The notes beneath the pieces are model-generated. The model did no database searches. It saw nothing but the letters and a program-made list of their open reading frames with translations, and was not told where the DNA came from. From Neocallimastix sp. 'constans' (lineage: Eukaryota): 64,000 nt of DNA. Shown one piece after another: positions 41,436-55,416 of the stretch (positions are counted from its first letter, which is position 1; each line of letters begins with the position of its first letter). The stretch is taken from positions 124,001 through 188,000 of the forward strand of contig JBODTK010000120.1 in the NCBI GenBank assembly GCA_050613775.1. Direction: 5' to 3'. The position numbers and the translations under genes are program-made.

Positions 41436-44400
41436 TTAAGATGAGACTTCGTCCCCTGAAGTCTGATTATACCAAGTATAATAATGAACAAGATTTTTCT
41501 GGTGTACATTTCTGTCAGCTATTTCACCAGTGTAAATATCACAAATACAAGCGGTATTATAATTCATTTGAACAATTCTAAAAGGACCAGTGTAAAAGGG
41601 GTCTAACTTTCTTCTTGAGAAATTTCTAACTAAAACTAAGTCCCCTGGTTCAAAAACAGTATTCATAGATTTTTGTTGTTTTCTTCTATTTTCCCATAAT
41701 TTATTAGCATTATCAATATTAGCAGTGGCTTCCATAATCCATTTATGATGAGTTGTAATTTTTCTAATTAAATATTCATCAAAGGTTTCATTTATATTTC
41801 TATCATTATATGCAATTGTTAATTCGAATGGTTGTAGATCAGTTCTACCATATAAGAGTTCAAAACTAGAAAATTTTGTAACTTCACTTTTGCAAGTTCT
41901 TAAGGCCCATAAAGCAACTGGAAGAATTTCATCCCAATTCTTTTCTGTTCCTCCAAGTAGTCTAATATATTTTATAATTTCTCTATTTCTATTTTCAACT
42001 TGGCCATTACTTTCAGGATGGTAAGTACTGATGTAATGAACATAAACATTATATAAATCTAAAAATCCTTTTGTAGCATTGGAAGTAAATTGCGGACCAT
42101 TATCAGTGATTAAAATTTCAGGAATGCCATGTCGAGAAAATACATTAGTAAGAAACTTAATAACGTCTTTAGATTCAATTGTAGGAAATGGTTCGGCTTC
42201 TACCCATTTTGTAAAATAATCAACTAAAACAATTATGTATTTATTATTTGATTTAGTGATAGGTAAGGGTCCTATAATGTCTAAACCAACTCGAGTAAAG
42301 GGTAAACCTGGTTTAGTAGCAAATGATTCAGTACCTCTATTAATTGGTTGTGGTCTGTTCATTTGACAATCATGGCAAGTTTTAACAAGTAATTCTACGT
42401 CTTTGGACATGTTTTCCCAATAATATTTCCTTTTAAGTCTATCGTATGTTTTATAATAGCCTTCATGTCCAACACTATGCGCAGCTAATAATAGTTCTAT
42501 TTTCTCTTCTTTGTTTTCGACAAATTTACGAATATTTTCTCCGTCTTTAAAATATTTAATATTATCTATAATAATTATTTTCTTTTTCAAATATTCTTTA
42601 ATAGCAATACTATTATTTAATTCTTCAACTTCAGTATTATTACTATCATCATTAGTTGTAACAAAAATTATTTCATTTTCATTAAAATTATTTTCAATGG
42701 AATCTTTATTTAAAATATAATAATTTTCCAATTTATTATTATCTTTACTTTTATTTAAATTAATATTATTTTCATTATAGTTATCATTAATTTTAGAATT
42801 ACATATATTAAGATTTTTATTATAAGAATTTTCAGAAATATTAATTAAAGGATTTTTATCAAAATTATTTTCATAAAAATTTTTAATACAATTTTTATTA
42901 ATATTGTTATAATTAAGTTTTTCAGAAAAATTTTTAATATTATTTTGATTATGGTTACAAAATTCCTTTGAAAATTTTTTAATATCGTTACTACTATTAT
43001 TACAATTATTATCAAAATTTTCTAAATAAAAATTTTTGTCATTATTATTATTATTATTAAATTTTTCATAATAACTATTAACACTGGAATTATTATTTAA
43101 ATTTTTAAAAATATAATTATTATTATTATTATTATTATTTAATTTATTTAAAGAATTAATTATATTATTATCTAAATTATTTTTATTAAAATTAACGTAA
43201 TTATTTTCTTCAGAAATATTATTTATAGGATAATCATTTTTATTTGTATTATTCATTCTATTTATATTTTCAATAGAATCGTAATTAATATTTTCATTAT
43301 TATTCAAATGAATAAAAAAAGTATTATTTTTAATTTCTTTATTAATATTTTTAGAGTCAGGAATTAATCGAGAAAGTGCATCAGCAATAACATTTTTCTT
43401 TCCTTGTTCATATTTAACTACAATTTTTAACATACTAAAAGTTATAACCCATCTAGCTTGACGAGCATTATTTGGTTCTTTATTATTAAATAAGCCTATT
43501 AAAGGTTTATGATCAGTATATAAAATAGTATCATATTTATTACCACTAAAATATGGTTTAAATTTTAAACAACAATAATAAGCAGCTGTGCCTTCTAAAT
43601 CAGTAATACTATAATTTATTTCAGTAGGTTTTAAAGATCTACTAATGTATTGAATTGGATGTTCGATGTTATCTTTATCTTTCTGCATTAATACACCACC
43701 TATTCCATCTAATGAAGCATCCGTTCTAATTAAAAATTGTTTATCATAATCTGGATATTTAAGAATAGGAGCTTCAATAAGTTTTTCCTTAAGAATTTTA
43801 AATCTTTCTTCAGTTATATCATCCCAGATATATTTTATATTTTTCTTTAATAGTTTAAATAATGGTTGAGCAATTATAGCAAAATCTTTAATAAATTTTC
43901 TATAATATCCAATTGCACCTAAGAAAGATCTTAATTGAGTAATATTTTTAGGTGATTCCCATTTGGATATTACATCTACCTTTTTGGGTACTGGCTTTAT
44001 ACCTTCTGTGGATAAAATATGGCCTAATACTTCAACTTCTTGTTTAATAAAATGGCATTTTGATAAATTAGGCTTTAGACCATTTTCTTTAATAATATCA
44101 AAAACTTTTTGTAGATCCAATGTGTGTTGTTCTAAGGTATCAGAAAATATTACTAAATCATCCATATAAATGAACATACATTTACCAATTAAAGGCAAGA
44201 ATATTCTGTTCATTTCACGTTGGAAAGTTGCAGGAGCATTACAAAGTCCGAATGGCATAACTTTGTAATTATAATTTCCAAACATTGTTGTAAAGCAAGT
44301 TTTATCTCTGTCTTCTTTTTCCATAGGAATCTGATGGAAACCAGAAAATAAGTCAAGCGTGGTTAAGTACTTAACTTTATTGCCTATAGAAAATAATATT

Positions 44401-46977
44401 TCTTCTATATAAGGTAAAGGATATGCGTCTTTAATAGTAATATCATTTAATTTTCTATAATCCACTACCATTCTCCATTTACCATTCTTTTTAGGAACGA
44501 GAATAACTGGGAACGACCATGATGATTTTGAAGGTTCTATCAATCCATTTCTTAATAATTTACTTATTTCTTCTCTTAGTATACTCATTTGCTTCTTATT
44601 TGCTACTCGATACATTCTTTGTTTAATTGGCATTCGACCACTTATGATTTTTATTTTATGACTTAGTAATTTCGATTTATCTAAATCATCTGTATCAAGT
44701 GCCAATACATTTATATTATTTAATAATAAAAACTTTAGTTTGTTTCTAATTTTTGTTGGTGCTTTCGCCGCAATTTCATGAATAGTTATTTCCTTTACAT
44801 TTTTAAAATTCTTAACAGTATTTTCAATAGAAATATCAATATTTTTGATTACACTGTTTTCATAATTCTTTTTATCATTAATTTCATTTATTTTTGTTAA
44901 TAAAGAATAATTATTTTGTAAAGAATTTTTATTATCTTTTTTGTTACCACTTATAACGAAATCATTAATATCTTTAACATGATGATTAATTTCGAAAGAA
45001 TTTTTATTATTAACATCTTCATTAAAAATTGTGGAAAAATTTTTATCACTAATAGTATTATCAACATCTTTAGAAACTATATTATCATTATTATCATTAC
45101 AAAAATTTTCAGAAGGTTTATCAGTATTAATATTATTTTTATTAAGGTTTTCAGAAAGATTATTAATATTATTTTTATTAAAAATTTCAGAAAAATTATT
45201 AATATTATTTTTATTTCCAAAAATATTATAAGGATTATTAGTATTATTAATGCTATTTAAGTTTTCATAAATATTATTAATATTATCTAAATCTTTAGAA
45301 ATATTATCAGTATTATTAACATCATATAAATTTTTAGAGAAATTATTAATATTATTTTTACTATTAAAATTTTCAGAAGAACAATTTTTATTATTAATAC
45401 TATTCGAATTATTGATATTATTTTTATTAATAGGTTTTTACAAAAATATTATTAATTCTATTATTAAAAATTTTATTAGAAAAATTTTTATTATTAAAAT
45501 TTTTATTAGATAGATTTTTACTAGGAAAATTTTTATTAGAAAAATTTTAGATATTATTATTATTATCGATATTAATTTCATTTGGATTATCATGATTATT
45601 TATAGTATTAAAATTTTTGTTAGTATTATTATTATTAATATCTTTATTAGAAGAACAATTATTATTATAAATTTTAGAAATTTTATCATTATTAATTTTA
45701 CATCCAAATACATTCTTTAAATAATTATCATTATTATTTATATTGCAAAAATTATTTCCATCTTTATCATTATGATTTCCAAAGGAATTATCAATATCAT
45801 TATTATCATTATTTTCTTCATATAAAATTTGAATATATTTATCTTCGGTGGTTAATAAATAATCAACTAGCACATCTTTATTCAATTCTTCTTCGAATTC
45901 ATCTTTAATATCATCTTCTTCATCTTCTATTTCCGTCACACTTTCAAAACTTCCTATCTTTCGTATTTCATCTGTTTTTTGATACAAGGTGTAATCAGAG
46001 AAGTCCATAATAATCTTCATTCTAACTAGCGCATCCACACCAATTAATACTTGGAAAATATCATCTTTTTCAACCAATCTAAAGATTTCCTTAGAAGTAA
46101 TATTTCCAATTGTTATTTCTATTTCATATAATTTTGAGATGAGCGTGGTATTAGTACAAGCTTGATATAAAGTTTCTTTAATAGCAGAAATTGGTTTAAA
46201 TGGAATTTTATTATTTATCATGAAGGTTTTGGTGATCATATTAATAGAAGAACAGGAATCTAAATATACTGTAGTTTCTACGTTTTCTACCTTACATTTT
46301 GTTTTTACAATCTTATCTTTCTTAATTGTTGATAAGATTGTTTCTTCATCTTCTATAATTGTTGTAAACTTTAAGGCTTTAGATAATTCAGTTCTCAATT
46401 TAGGATTGATATTGAGCAACTGTCCGATGGTAATATTAGCGAACTTATTTCCAATATCGTCCACTATATTATAATTATCTTGATTTCCTGTTATTTTTAA
46501 TTTTTTTGTAATATTTTCCTTATTGGATTTTTCTACCTTTTTTTCACTTGGAAGTTGTATTTCTTTAGCTAATTCTTTTATTTCTTTTGCTCTTTCTTTC
46601 TTGTTTCTTCTTTTTGCTTCTTCAATTGAGGGTTCATTTATAAAAGATGGATCAAGATGATTTAACGCTTCTGTTTCTTTTTGATTTTCATTTCCTTTAT
46701 TATTACTATTAGTTTCACTTTCTGGTTCCATTTCCATTTGTTCCTGATTATTTGATGGAACTTTAATTGGTTGAGGATTTTCTTTTAAACTTTTCTTAGT
46801 TGCTTTCTTATATGGTTTATTTTCATTAGTTTTTCTACTTCTTCTTTCAGCTACAATGGCTATTTCTTTATTATCTTCTATATTCGAAGATTCTTTAGTT
46901 CCAGTAAGTGAATTAGTTAAAAGAGTTGTATTGGTTTGATTTATGGGAGTATTCCTTCTCCCATTTAGAAGTTTAAA
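41436..46977 (-). pseudogene. pol: pro-pol of element A (protease, RT, RNase H, integrase), interrupted in the Asn-rich PR-RT linker
   Basis: Protease YLDSCSSIN; RT LDLFSGFHQI, MPFGL, YMDD; RNase H TDAS, TDHKPL; integrase HSVGH..CHDC, DDE core, GPF. In-frame TAA at 45547-45549 and a frame change near 45445. Confidence 0.88.
46943..46977 (-). promoter_or_regulatory. Programmed -1 ribosomal frameshift signal (gag to pro-pol)
   Basis: Slippery T TTA AAC (46977-46971) at the gag end, 6-nt spacer, then stem ATGGGAG/CTCCCAT. The -1 frame is open for 80 codons into ORF 45547-46737. Confidence 0.85.
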
Positions 46978-48294
46978 GGTTGATTATTGTTATTAAAGAA
47001 ATTTTGGTTATTATTAATAGGATCTATGTTATTATGATTAGGATTTGAACTGTTATAACTAGTATTATTATAATTAGTATTAACATTAAAGTTTCCATTT
47101 GAGTTATAATTATTTACATTATTAGTATTAATATTAGAGTTTCTATTTAAATTACTAATATTATAATTACCATCATAGTTATTATTATTGTTTAGGTTAT
47201 GATTACTGTTTGTATTGCTGTTATTTGTAATGTAGAGATTATTGTTATTAAGTCTTCCAGTAGCTTCCATATCAGCTAGTTCTTGATAAGTATAAGGACA
47301 ATCTTGCATCCTATGACCAGGTTGATGACATTTAAAACAATTTAGATTAATATTATTAGACATAAAATTTTGATTTCTTAAATTATTTTTAATTCCGGGT
47401 ACTTTATTATTGCTAAAATTATTATTCATGTTGTTAAAATTTGGATTATTGTTATTATAATTATTACCACTATTATAACCATTTCGGAAATGATTTATAT
47501 TTCTGTTATTAATAGAGTTATTATAATTATTATTATAAGAATTTCGATAATTATTATTATAATTATTTGAATGATTATAACCATTATTTTTATTATAATT
47601 ATTATAATTATTATAGTTATAATTATTATAATTAGAGCGATAATTATTGTATTCATAATTATTAGGATTGTCATAATTTCTATTATTATAATTATTACTA
47701 TAATTATTTGGAAAAATAGAATTTAGACCTCCATAAGTATTGGTAAACATAACGACATTTCTATTTCTATTGGGCATTTCAGAAGCAGTCTCTGCAAGTT
47801 CAGCTATTTTAAATGCTTCTTCTAAATTAGCTGGTTGAGAATTTATTACTTCCTTTCTAGCATATGGACGACCTAATAATGAATCCGTGTAATCATTAAT
47901 AGTAATAAATGCTTGACTTTCTGGAGTAAGTGATCCGTATAATTTACCGTATCTCCAGTTAAAGTCTTTAATTGATTCACCCTTTTGTATTTTGAGTGAT
48001 TTTAGGTTAAAGCATTTTTCTTGAGGAGTAATATCTAAAAATTTTTTCAATGGCAGTTTTAATATCCGTAATACTTGGATATATGATCATTTCAGCCTCT
48101 TCATCTTCTTCTTTAAGATCTTCAATTACTCCTTTTAATCGTCCAGGAACACATTCTTTTGCCCAAGCAAACATTTTTCTAGGGTCATCAATATCTGAGA
48201 GTTCCATTACTCTATTGAACTCTTCAGCCCATGATTCTATGTCCCTATCGAAACTACCAAGTCGTGGCAATAATTTAGCTATTTCGCTAATCTT

Positions 48295-48297
<3 letters not shown>
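46965..48297 (-). pseudogene. gag: gag of element A with a one-base frameshift in an A-run near 48045
   Basis: ATG at 48297 (MKISEIAKLL) after a long poly-A run. Removing one A joins it to ORF 46965-48050, which has a CCHC knuckle (CFKCHQPGHRMQDC) and Asn-rich tracts. Confidence 0.8.
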
Positions 48298-48360
<63 letters not shown>

Positions 48361-48499
48361 AAGAACACAAAAGAACACAAAATTGCTTAAATAGAAACGA
48401 ATATAAAAAAATTTTTTTTTTTTTTTTTTTTTTTTATTTAATATTATTTAAAAATTGTGTTTTACAGGAAATTTATTTATAAGTATATATATAGAAATT

Positions 48500-48551
<52 letters not shown>

Positions 48552-48769
48552 TTTTAACAAAAAAAATAAATGATAAAGTAAATCCTATTAAAAGGAAAAT
48601 AATTATTATAGAAGATTTTTTTTTTATATGGATTTTAAAAAAAATGATGAAGTAAATCTTATTAAAAAGGAAGACAAATATTAATGAAGAAAATTAGTAT
48701 ATTTTTTTTTGTATATATTTTAATAAGGGACAATCAAATATATGTTATAACTTTATTATTATTTTCGAT

Positions 48770-48950
48770 TCCCGCAAGCATTTACTCTGCGTCTTTCGAC
48801 CTCCACTATTTAACCGTCAGTTCCAAGTAACCTTTAACTGTTCCTGCCTATTGAAACAAGGGCTTTATGGATTTTTCAATTAAAGGTCTGATATTGAAAC
48901 CTTATTAAATAGCGCTCTACTCCCCCGCTTATACAAGTAAACGCTCTTAT
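48770..48950 (-). ncRNA. Candidate structured cis-acting RNA domain in the 5' leader of element A
   Basis: GC-richer island with three nested 9-10 bp helices containing G-U pairs and a GTC-GAAA-GAC GNRA hairpin. Confidence 0.55.
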
Positions 48951-49452
48951 CTACTCTCTAATAAAAAGTTATTTTAATAATTTATTATACCTGAATTTAA
49001 TCAAGCCACTAATAAATTACCATATATTGTATATTTCCGGAAAACGATGCTGATTTTAGAAATAATTAATAATAATAATTTTTATTTAATTAATAATACG
49101 GAATTACTTAATTCACCTATCCCAATCGATGAGCCTTTAGCTATAGAGTTTTTCATCTAACAGCCGCTCTCCCTGATGGTAGGTACTGAATGAATTTAGT
49201 ATTCTAATATTAAGAAAATAAAAATTTAAAATTAATAATTATAAAACTTATTTATTATTGTTGAATAAAACTAATTATTCCAAGTTTTTCAATATCTTGA
49301 AAAATCCTCTTGATAGACTTTCCAGATAGAACAAACTCTCTTGATGGAAGTAATTATTTTAATAATAAATAAGAATTGAGCGGAAGTGCTCTTCTAAAAT
49401 GTAATTTTTTTTTTTTTTTTTTTTTTTTGAATTATTATATATAAATAATATA

Positions 49453-49486
<34 letters not shown>

Positions 49487-49575
49487 TTTTTATATTATTA
49501 TTATTTTTATTATTATTATAAGTAAAAATAAATGTTTTATTATAACAAATAAAATTTACGAATTAAGTTTCACAA

Positions 49576-49607
<32 letters not shown>

Positions 49608-49776
49608 GTATAAAATTTGTGTAACTAAGTAAAAAAAATTAAATAATTTTTCCAAAAAAAAATTAAAGTTTTATAAATTTTATATTCCCTATAACAAAAT
49701 AATAAGTTTAAATAAAAAAAATTATATGTTTAATATTTATTCTAATGTTTCTTTTCATCTTATAATGTGTTTCAGG

Positions 49777-49794
49777 CGCCCGGATTCTCCACCA
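49777..49794 (-). other. Primer-binding site of element A (tRNA-Ala-like), separated from its 5' LTR by insertion of element B
   Basis: TGGTGGAGAATCCGGGCG. Its last bases form part of the CCAAA TSD of element B. Confidence 0.9.
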
Positions 49795-50577
49795 AATGTA
49801 AAATGTTCCTTATGGAGCAGATTACAATTACGAAAAAAAAACAAAAACAACACTATCAATAACAATACTCAAATGAAATTTATTTTTTAAAAAAAATTCT
49901 TTTATTAATCACTTTATTATAAAAATTCTTTTTATTAGTTATTAACTGCAAAATAGTTAATAACAACTACATTTTCTTTAATAGAATAATTTTACATGTA
50001 TTTATATTTTTTCTTAATTATATTATAATATACTATTTCTATTTATTTAAATATATATTCAATATAAAATAAACAAAAACTAATCTAAAATTAAATAAAG
50101 TTATAAAAAACTAAAACTAATTCAATAAGCTTTTTATTCAATTTGTTTTGACTCAAATTGAATAAGTTCTTATTTATTATTTATTTATTATTCTTTTATT
50201 ATTAATACTATTAATTATATATTACAATTTAATTTTTATGATTATTAAACTAAACTAAAATTAAACTAAACTAAAATTAAACTAAACTAAAATTAAACTA
50301 AACTAAAATTAAACTAAACTAAAATTATTAATATATTTTATTACTAAATTTTAGGTTATTTAAAAATTAATTTTATATTTTTAAATTTATATATTATATG
50401 AAATATAAATTTATTATTAATTTTCATAAATCAATTAATTTCATAAATTAATATATTTTACATAATTTAATGCATTAGCATTATTTTGTAAACGTGAATT
50501 ACATTAAATAATTTAATGTACAAAATAAATTAATTAATGTACTAAAGATATTGATCATATCTTTACAATCTCGCCCT

Positions 50578-53500
50578 TTAAGTCGAGCTCCTGCGAGAAT
50601 CATTTCTTGAGGGAAGTTCTATAACAAAGGGTTGATATTTATGTCTTACAATGAAATCATTGGCATGATCATCATTCTTAATAGATTCTTGATCCTTTGT
50701 TCTTGTTTTATTTTTCTTATTTTTTCTAAAGTATTCCTGAATTAATTGTTTATCTAAAATTTGATCTTCATCTATCCAAGAGTCTTCATTTGATCCTTTC
50801 CAAGAGATAAGAAAACGATTCTTTCCTTTATAAGTTCTCATATTAATTATTTTATCTGGAATCATATCGGAATTATTTGTAGTTAAATTTATACTCTTTC
50901 GTTTATTAACATTTCTATCTTCAAATTCATTCTCATAATAAGGTTCAAGTAAAGAAACATGAAAAATTGGATGACAATGCATATTATTAGGTAGTTTAAG
51001 TTTGTACGCTAATGGACTAACTTTTTCAATTATTTCAAAAGGACCTATCAATTGATCGGCTAGTTTTCTTTTAACATTCTTAGTAGTAGATCCTTTAAGT
51101 AACCAAACTTTTTTACCGACTTCGAAATTAGGGGAAGGAAGTCTTTTCAAATCGGCGTATTTTTTATAAGTTTTCTTAGCTTCTTCTAAGTTTCTTTTTA
51201 AAAATTCAATATTTTTATTAATATCTAATATTCTTTTTTCAGCTCTACTTGGTCTTTCTGAGGATGGAATCTCAGGACTAAATTTAGGATTAAAACCATA
51301 GTTTGCGAAGAATGGTGATTGATTTATAGATTGATGTAAAGTATTATTGTAAGCGAATTCAGCGAAAGGTAGTAAATCGACCCAATTATTTTGCCTTTCA
51401 TTTATGAAACAACGAAGATATTGTTCCAATATTCCGTTCACCCTCTCCGTTTGACCATCAGTCTCCGGATGGTTGGAGGTAGAAAGAGAATGAGTAATAT
51501 CAAGAAGTTTACATAAGCGATTCCAAAATTCAGATGTAAATTGCGATCCTCTATCAGAAATAATAGAATCAGGGAAACCATGTAATTTAAAAATATTCGA
51601 GATAAAAGCATCAGCAGCAATTGAAGCAGTAGGAAGACAACGAAAAGGAATAAAATGAGCCATTTTAGTCAAACGATCAACAACAACCATAATTGTAGTC
51701 ATATCTTTAGACTTAGGTAATTCAACGATAAAATCCATAGAAATATCAGACCAAGCTCTATTAGGAGTGGACAAGGGTGAAAGAAGTCCATATGGCTTGT
51801 GTCTAGGAATTTTTGATTTACAGCAAACTTCACAAGACTTAATAAATTTTTTAACATCAAGAGAAAAATTAGGCCACCAAAAATTGCGGCTAAGTAATTC
51901 TAGAGTCTTAGAAACACCAAAATGACCAGCAGTAGGAGAGTCATGATGGAGTTCAAGAACTCTCGTTCGAATCGATTTAGGAACATAAATCAGATTATTA
52001 AAGAGTAAAAATCCTTCTTTATCAATCATAAATTTATTAATATTTTGAATTTTAGGGTTAACAGCATTATTAATAGATAAGGATGATTTAACAGAATTAT
52101 AGAATTCATCATTCTCAAGAGCATTCAAAATAGAATTAGCAAGGGTATCATTATTAATAGTAAAACAGTTAATAACACGACAAGAAGAATTAAATTCAAA
52201 ATTAAATAAATGATCACTTCTCCTAGATAGTAAATCAGGTTTACCCGATTTTTTCCCAGATCTATAGACAATATTAAAATCAAAACGAGATAAAAATTCA
52301 TACCATCTAATTTGACGTTGCGAAAGCATTTCCGGTTTTCTAGGAAATGTTAAATTTTTATGATCAGTGTAAATAGTAAAGGGATGACGAGCACCCTCTA
52401 AAAAGTGACGCCATTGCTCTAAAGCAACTTTAATAGCGAGAAGTTCCTTATCATAAATGGGGTAGTTTCTTTGAGACTTAGTCAAACTCGAAGAAATAAA
52501 GGCAACTGGATGGAGATTGCCATCAACTTCTTGAGAAAGTACAGCTCCAACTGCAAAGTTACTAGCATCAGTTTCAACGATAAACGGTTTATTACTATCA
52601 GGATTAATTAAAATTGGAGCAGATGTGAAAAGTTCTTTCAATTTAACAAAAGCATTCTGTTGCTCAGGTCCCCAAATAAAAGGTACATTTTTACGAGTGA
52701 GTTTATGTATTGGTAAAGCTATTTTGGCAAAATCTTTAATGAAAACTCTATAATAATTACAAAGTCCAATAAATGACTGAACTTCTTTGACATTAGTAGG
52801 TACAGGCCAATCTAAAATAGCTTTAATTTTTTCAGGATCAGGTTTAAGACCATCTTTAGATATGATGTAGCCCAGGAAGGAGGTTTCCGTTACATCGAAT
52901 TCACATTTTTCTAGTTTAACATATAAATTATTATCTAAAAGTTTTTTCAACACTTTTCTAACATGTTCATGATGTTCTTCTAAGTTATTTGAATAAATAA
53001 GAATATCGTCGATATATGAGATAACAAAATCATCTAAGTAGTCACTAAGAACATCATTTATAAAATGTTGAAATGTAGCAGGTGCATTCTTTAACCCAAA
53101 AGGCATAACAAGATATTCATAATGTCCATAACGAGTTCTAAAAGCAGTCTTATACTCATCACCTTCTTTTATTCTTACTAAGTTATATGCAGATTTAAGA
53201 TCTAACTTAGTAAAATATTTAGCACCTTTAACTCTGTCAATTAATTCACTTATTAATGGTAAAGGATATGAATTTCTAATAGTCATTTCATTTAATTTTC
53301 TGTAATCAATACATAATCTCAAAGTGCCATCTTTCTTTTTAACAAATAAGACAGGGGCACCAGCTGGTGATTTGGATTTTCTAATAAATCCTTTTGCTAA
53401 GTTTTCTTTAATATACTTTTTCAATTCATCCCTTTCTGCTTCTGTTAAAGGATAAATAGGACCATAGAATAGAATTGAATTATCCTTTAAATTTATTTCA

Positions 53501-55416
53501 CAATCATATTCTCTATGGGGAGGTAATTTATCACAATTCTTTTCATCAAAAACTTCAATATAATCGAGATAACAAGGAGGAATAGAAATTTTATTATCAC
53601 TATCGTTAACAATATTATTATTATCTAAATTCTGAATAATCAGACAGTTACACAAATTGTCTAACACACAATTTTGATAAGAAAAAAAATAGTTTGTTGG
53701 TTCGGCGACCAATTTACTTTCTTTATTTAAAATTTCATTTTTACATGATATAATAAAATTACATGATTTTTTGATTTTATCTATTGTACTAAGTTCTCTA
53801 AAATTACAAAAGTTAATTTTTTCTTTACTACAATCATTATCTTTAACACTAATATTAATACTATCACTATCACTATCACTATCACTATCATTAATGGTTC
53901 TAACTTTTCTTCCACGGACGTATTCAGCTTCGCTTTCTGATTCGGAATCCCAGAGGGGTTTACACTTATATGGAGTACTTGGTTCATAGGAATTTTCTTC
54001 TTCAGGTTCGATATCGATCTTACACTTCTTTGAACCTTTCTTGCTTCTATTTTTGTTTTTTCTTTTTCTTTTACCATTATTACAGTTCCTAGCGCAATAA
54101 CCAGAAGGAAAGGATATTTTTCTTGAATCATGATAATTCATTGGACAATGCTTTTCAATCCAAGGAATACCTAGAATGATATCTACATCAGGAATATAAA
54201 GTGCATAGAGTTGAATAACTTCAAAATGGTTCTTGAATCGTAAGATACACTTTTCAGTTTGTTCGTAGATGGTAGAGATACCATATCCTAGTCCAGTAAC
54301 ATTGAAAGATCTTTTAACTTCATTCAATTTAATTTTGTTTTTATTAACGAACGAAGGATGAATAAAATTCAAATCCGAGCCAGAGTCGATAAGAACCCTA
54401 ACTGGAACTTCTTCAATATCATTTGTTTTTATATAGAAAGTAATTATATTGTTCTTTCTTTTATTCATAGCATTTTCTTCATCAGTAATAGCTCTAATTT
54501 TTTGAGCATCATCGGATTCCTTGATCATTCTAATTCTTCTTAATTTTGCCGATGGAAGATTTTCATCTGTTTCTCTAATTTTATTCTTGTGTTTAACTCC
54601 AGAAGGTCTTTTTCTGTTAGGACAATTAAACTGTAAGTGTCCTGGTTGTTTACATAAAAAACAAAGACCTTTTTTCTTTTCTTCAGAAAAGTCTCTTTTA
54701 TTTTCAACATATAAATTTTGATTATAGTTCTGGTTGTATCTTCTATATCTATCATTTTTGATCCTAAATAAATCAACATCCATAGGATCATCACGACGAC
54801 TACTATTTCTCTGGTTGTGGTTACTGTTTTGTTGCGAATTTCTAACTCGTTGCTGATTATAATAGAATTCAACAAGATTAGTTCGCTTTGACAAATTTTC
54901 AATTTGAATTACATCGGTATACAACTTGTTAAGGGAATCTGGATTTGGGTTAACAACGGCTAATTGTTCCCTCATTTTGTAATGTAATCCTTTAAGAAAC
55001 ATATAAATTTTGGCTGATTCGTTGAAGTCCGAATTTTGGCAAGTTGTTTTGAACTGGTTAATATATTCTAACACTTGCCCATATTTTTTCTGACGAATGG
55101 TATCTAATTTACCATTAGCCACAATTGTCTCCACTTCTGGATCCCCATAATTAATTTTAAGTTCCCTCTTAAAATTATTTAAATTATCGATCAAGGGATC
55201 TTCATTATCCCATAGATTTGAGGCCCAATTTAAAGGATCACCTCTTAAGAATGAGGTTATAAATCTAACCTTTGATCTATCGTCTGGAAAGTCATCTGGG
55301 GTATCCTCAAAGTTCATATTTACAATTGTGAGGAACCCTTTAAGTTCTTTTCTTTCACCGTTAAAAATCGGTGGCTTACTGACCTTCCGTTTTTCTTCTC
55401 GTCCACGTTCCGCCAT
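50578..55416 (-). CDS. Single Gag-Pol polyprotein of element B (Gag, CCHC, protease, RT, RNase H, integrase, chromodomain); intact
   Basis: First ATG at 55416 (MAERG). Motifs [49 protein letters not shown] core, GPF and chromodomain [15 protein letters not shown]. Confidence 0.95.
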   Translation of the reverse strand: MAERGREEKRKVSKPPIFNGERKELKGFLTIVNMNFEDTPDDFPDDRSKVRFITSFLRGDPLNWASNLWDNEDPLIDNLNNFKRELKINYGDPEVETIVANGKLDTIRQKKYGQVLEYINQFKTTCQNSDFNESAKIYMFLKGLHYKMREQLAVVNPNPDSLNKLYTDVIQIENLSKRTNLVEFYYNQQRVRNSQQNSNHNQRNSSRRDDPMDVDLFRIKNDRYRRYNQNYNQNLYVENKRDFSEEKKKGLCFLCKQPGHLQFNCPNRKRPSGVKHKNKIRETDENLPSAKLRRIRMIKESDDAQKIRAITDEENAMNKRKNNIITFYIKTNDIEEVPVRVLIDSGSDLNFIHPSFVNKNKIKLNEVKRSFNVTGLGYGISTIYEQTEKCILRFKNHFEVIQLYALYIPDVDIILGIPWIEKHCPMNYHDSRKISFPSGYCARNCNNGKRKRKNKNRSKKGSKKCKIDIEPEEENSYEPSTPYKCKPLWDSESESEAEYVRGRKVRTINDSDSDSDSDSINISVKDNDCSKEKINFCNFRELSTIDKIKKSCNFIISCKNEILNKESKLVAEPTNYFFSYQNCVLDNLCNCLIIQNLDNNNIVNDSDNKISIPPCYLDYIEVFDEKNCDKLPPHREYDCEINLKDNSILFYGPIYPLTEAERDELKKYIKENLAKGFIRKSKSPAGAPVLFVKKKDGTLRLCIDYRKLNEMTIRNSYPLPLISELIDRVKGAKYFTKLDLKSAYNLVRIKEGDEYKTAFRTRYGHYEYLVMPFGLKNAPATFQHFINDVLSDYLDDFVISYIDDILIYSNNLEEHHEHVRKVLKKLLDNNLYVKLEKCEFDVTETSFLGYIISKDGLKPDPEKIKAILDWPVPTNVKEVQSFIGLCNYYRVFIKDFAKIALPIHKLTRKNVPFIWGPEQQNAFVKLKELFTSAPILINPDSNKPFIVETDASNFAVGAVLSQEVDGNLHPVAFISSSLTKSQRNYPIYDKELLAIKVALEQWRHFLEGARHPFTIYTDHKNLTFPRKPEMLSQRQIRWYEFLSRFDFNIVYRSGKKSGKPDLLSRRSDHLFNFEFNSSCRVINCFTINNDTLANSILNALENDEFYNSVKSSLSINNAVNPKIQNINKFMIDKEGFLLFNNLIYVPKSIRTRVLELHHDSPTAGHFGVSKTLELLSRNFWWPNFSLDVKKFIKSCEVCCKSKIPRHKPYGLLSPLSTPNRAWSDISMDFIVELPKSKDMTTIMVVVDRLTKMAHFIPFRCLPTASIAADAFISNIFKLHGFPDSIISDRGSQFTSEFWNRLCKLLDITHSLSTSNHPETDGQTERVNGILEQYLRCFINERQNNWVDLLPFAEFAYNNTLHQSINQSPFFANYGFNPKFSPEIPSSERPSRAEKRILDINKNIEFLKRNLEEAKKTYKKYADLKRLPSPNFEVGKKVWLLKGSTTKNVKRKLADQLIGPFEIIEKVSPLAYKLKLPNNMHCHPIFHVSLLEPYYENEFEDRNVNKRKSINLTTNNSDMIPDKIINMRTYKGKNRFLISWKGSNEDSWIDEDQILDKQLIQEYFRKNKKNKTRTKDQESIKNDDHANDFIVRHKYQPFVIELPSRNDSRRSST

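Noticed and set aside
48770..48950. Hammerhead, twister or HDV-like ribozyme
   Set aside because: Fragments such as CTGAC, GAAA and AGTGGAGG are present, but I could not assemble any complete catalytic core. It is kept only as an unassigned structure.
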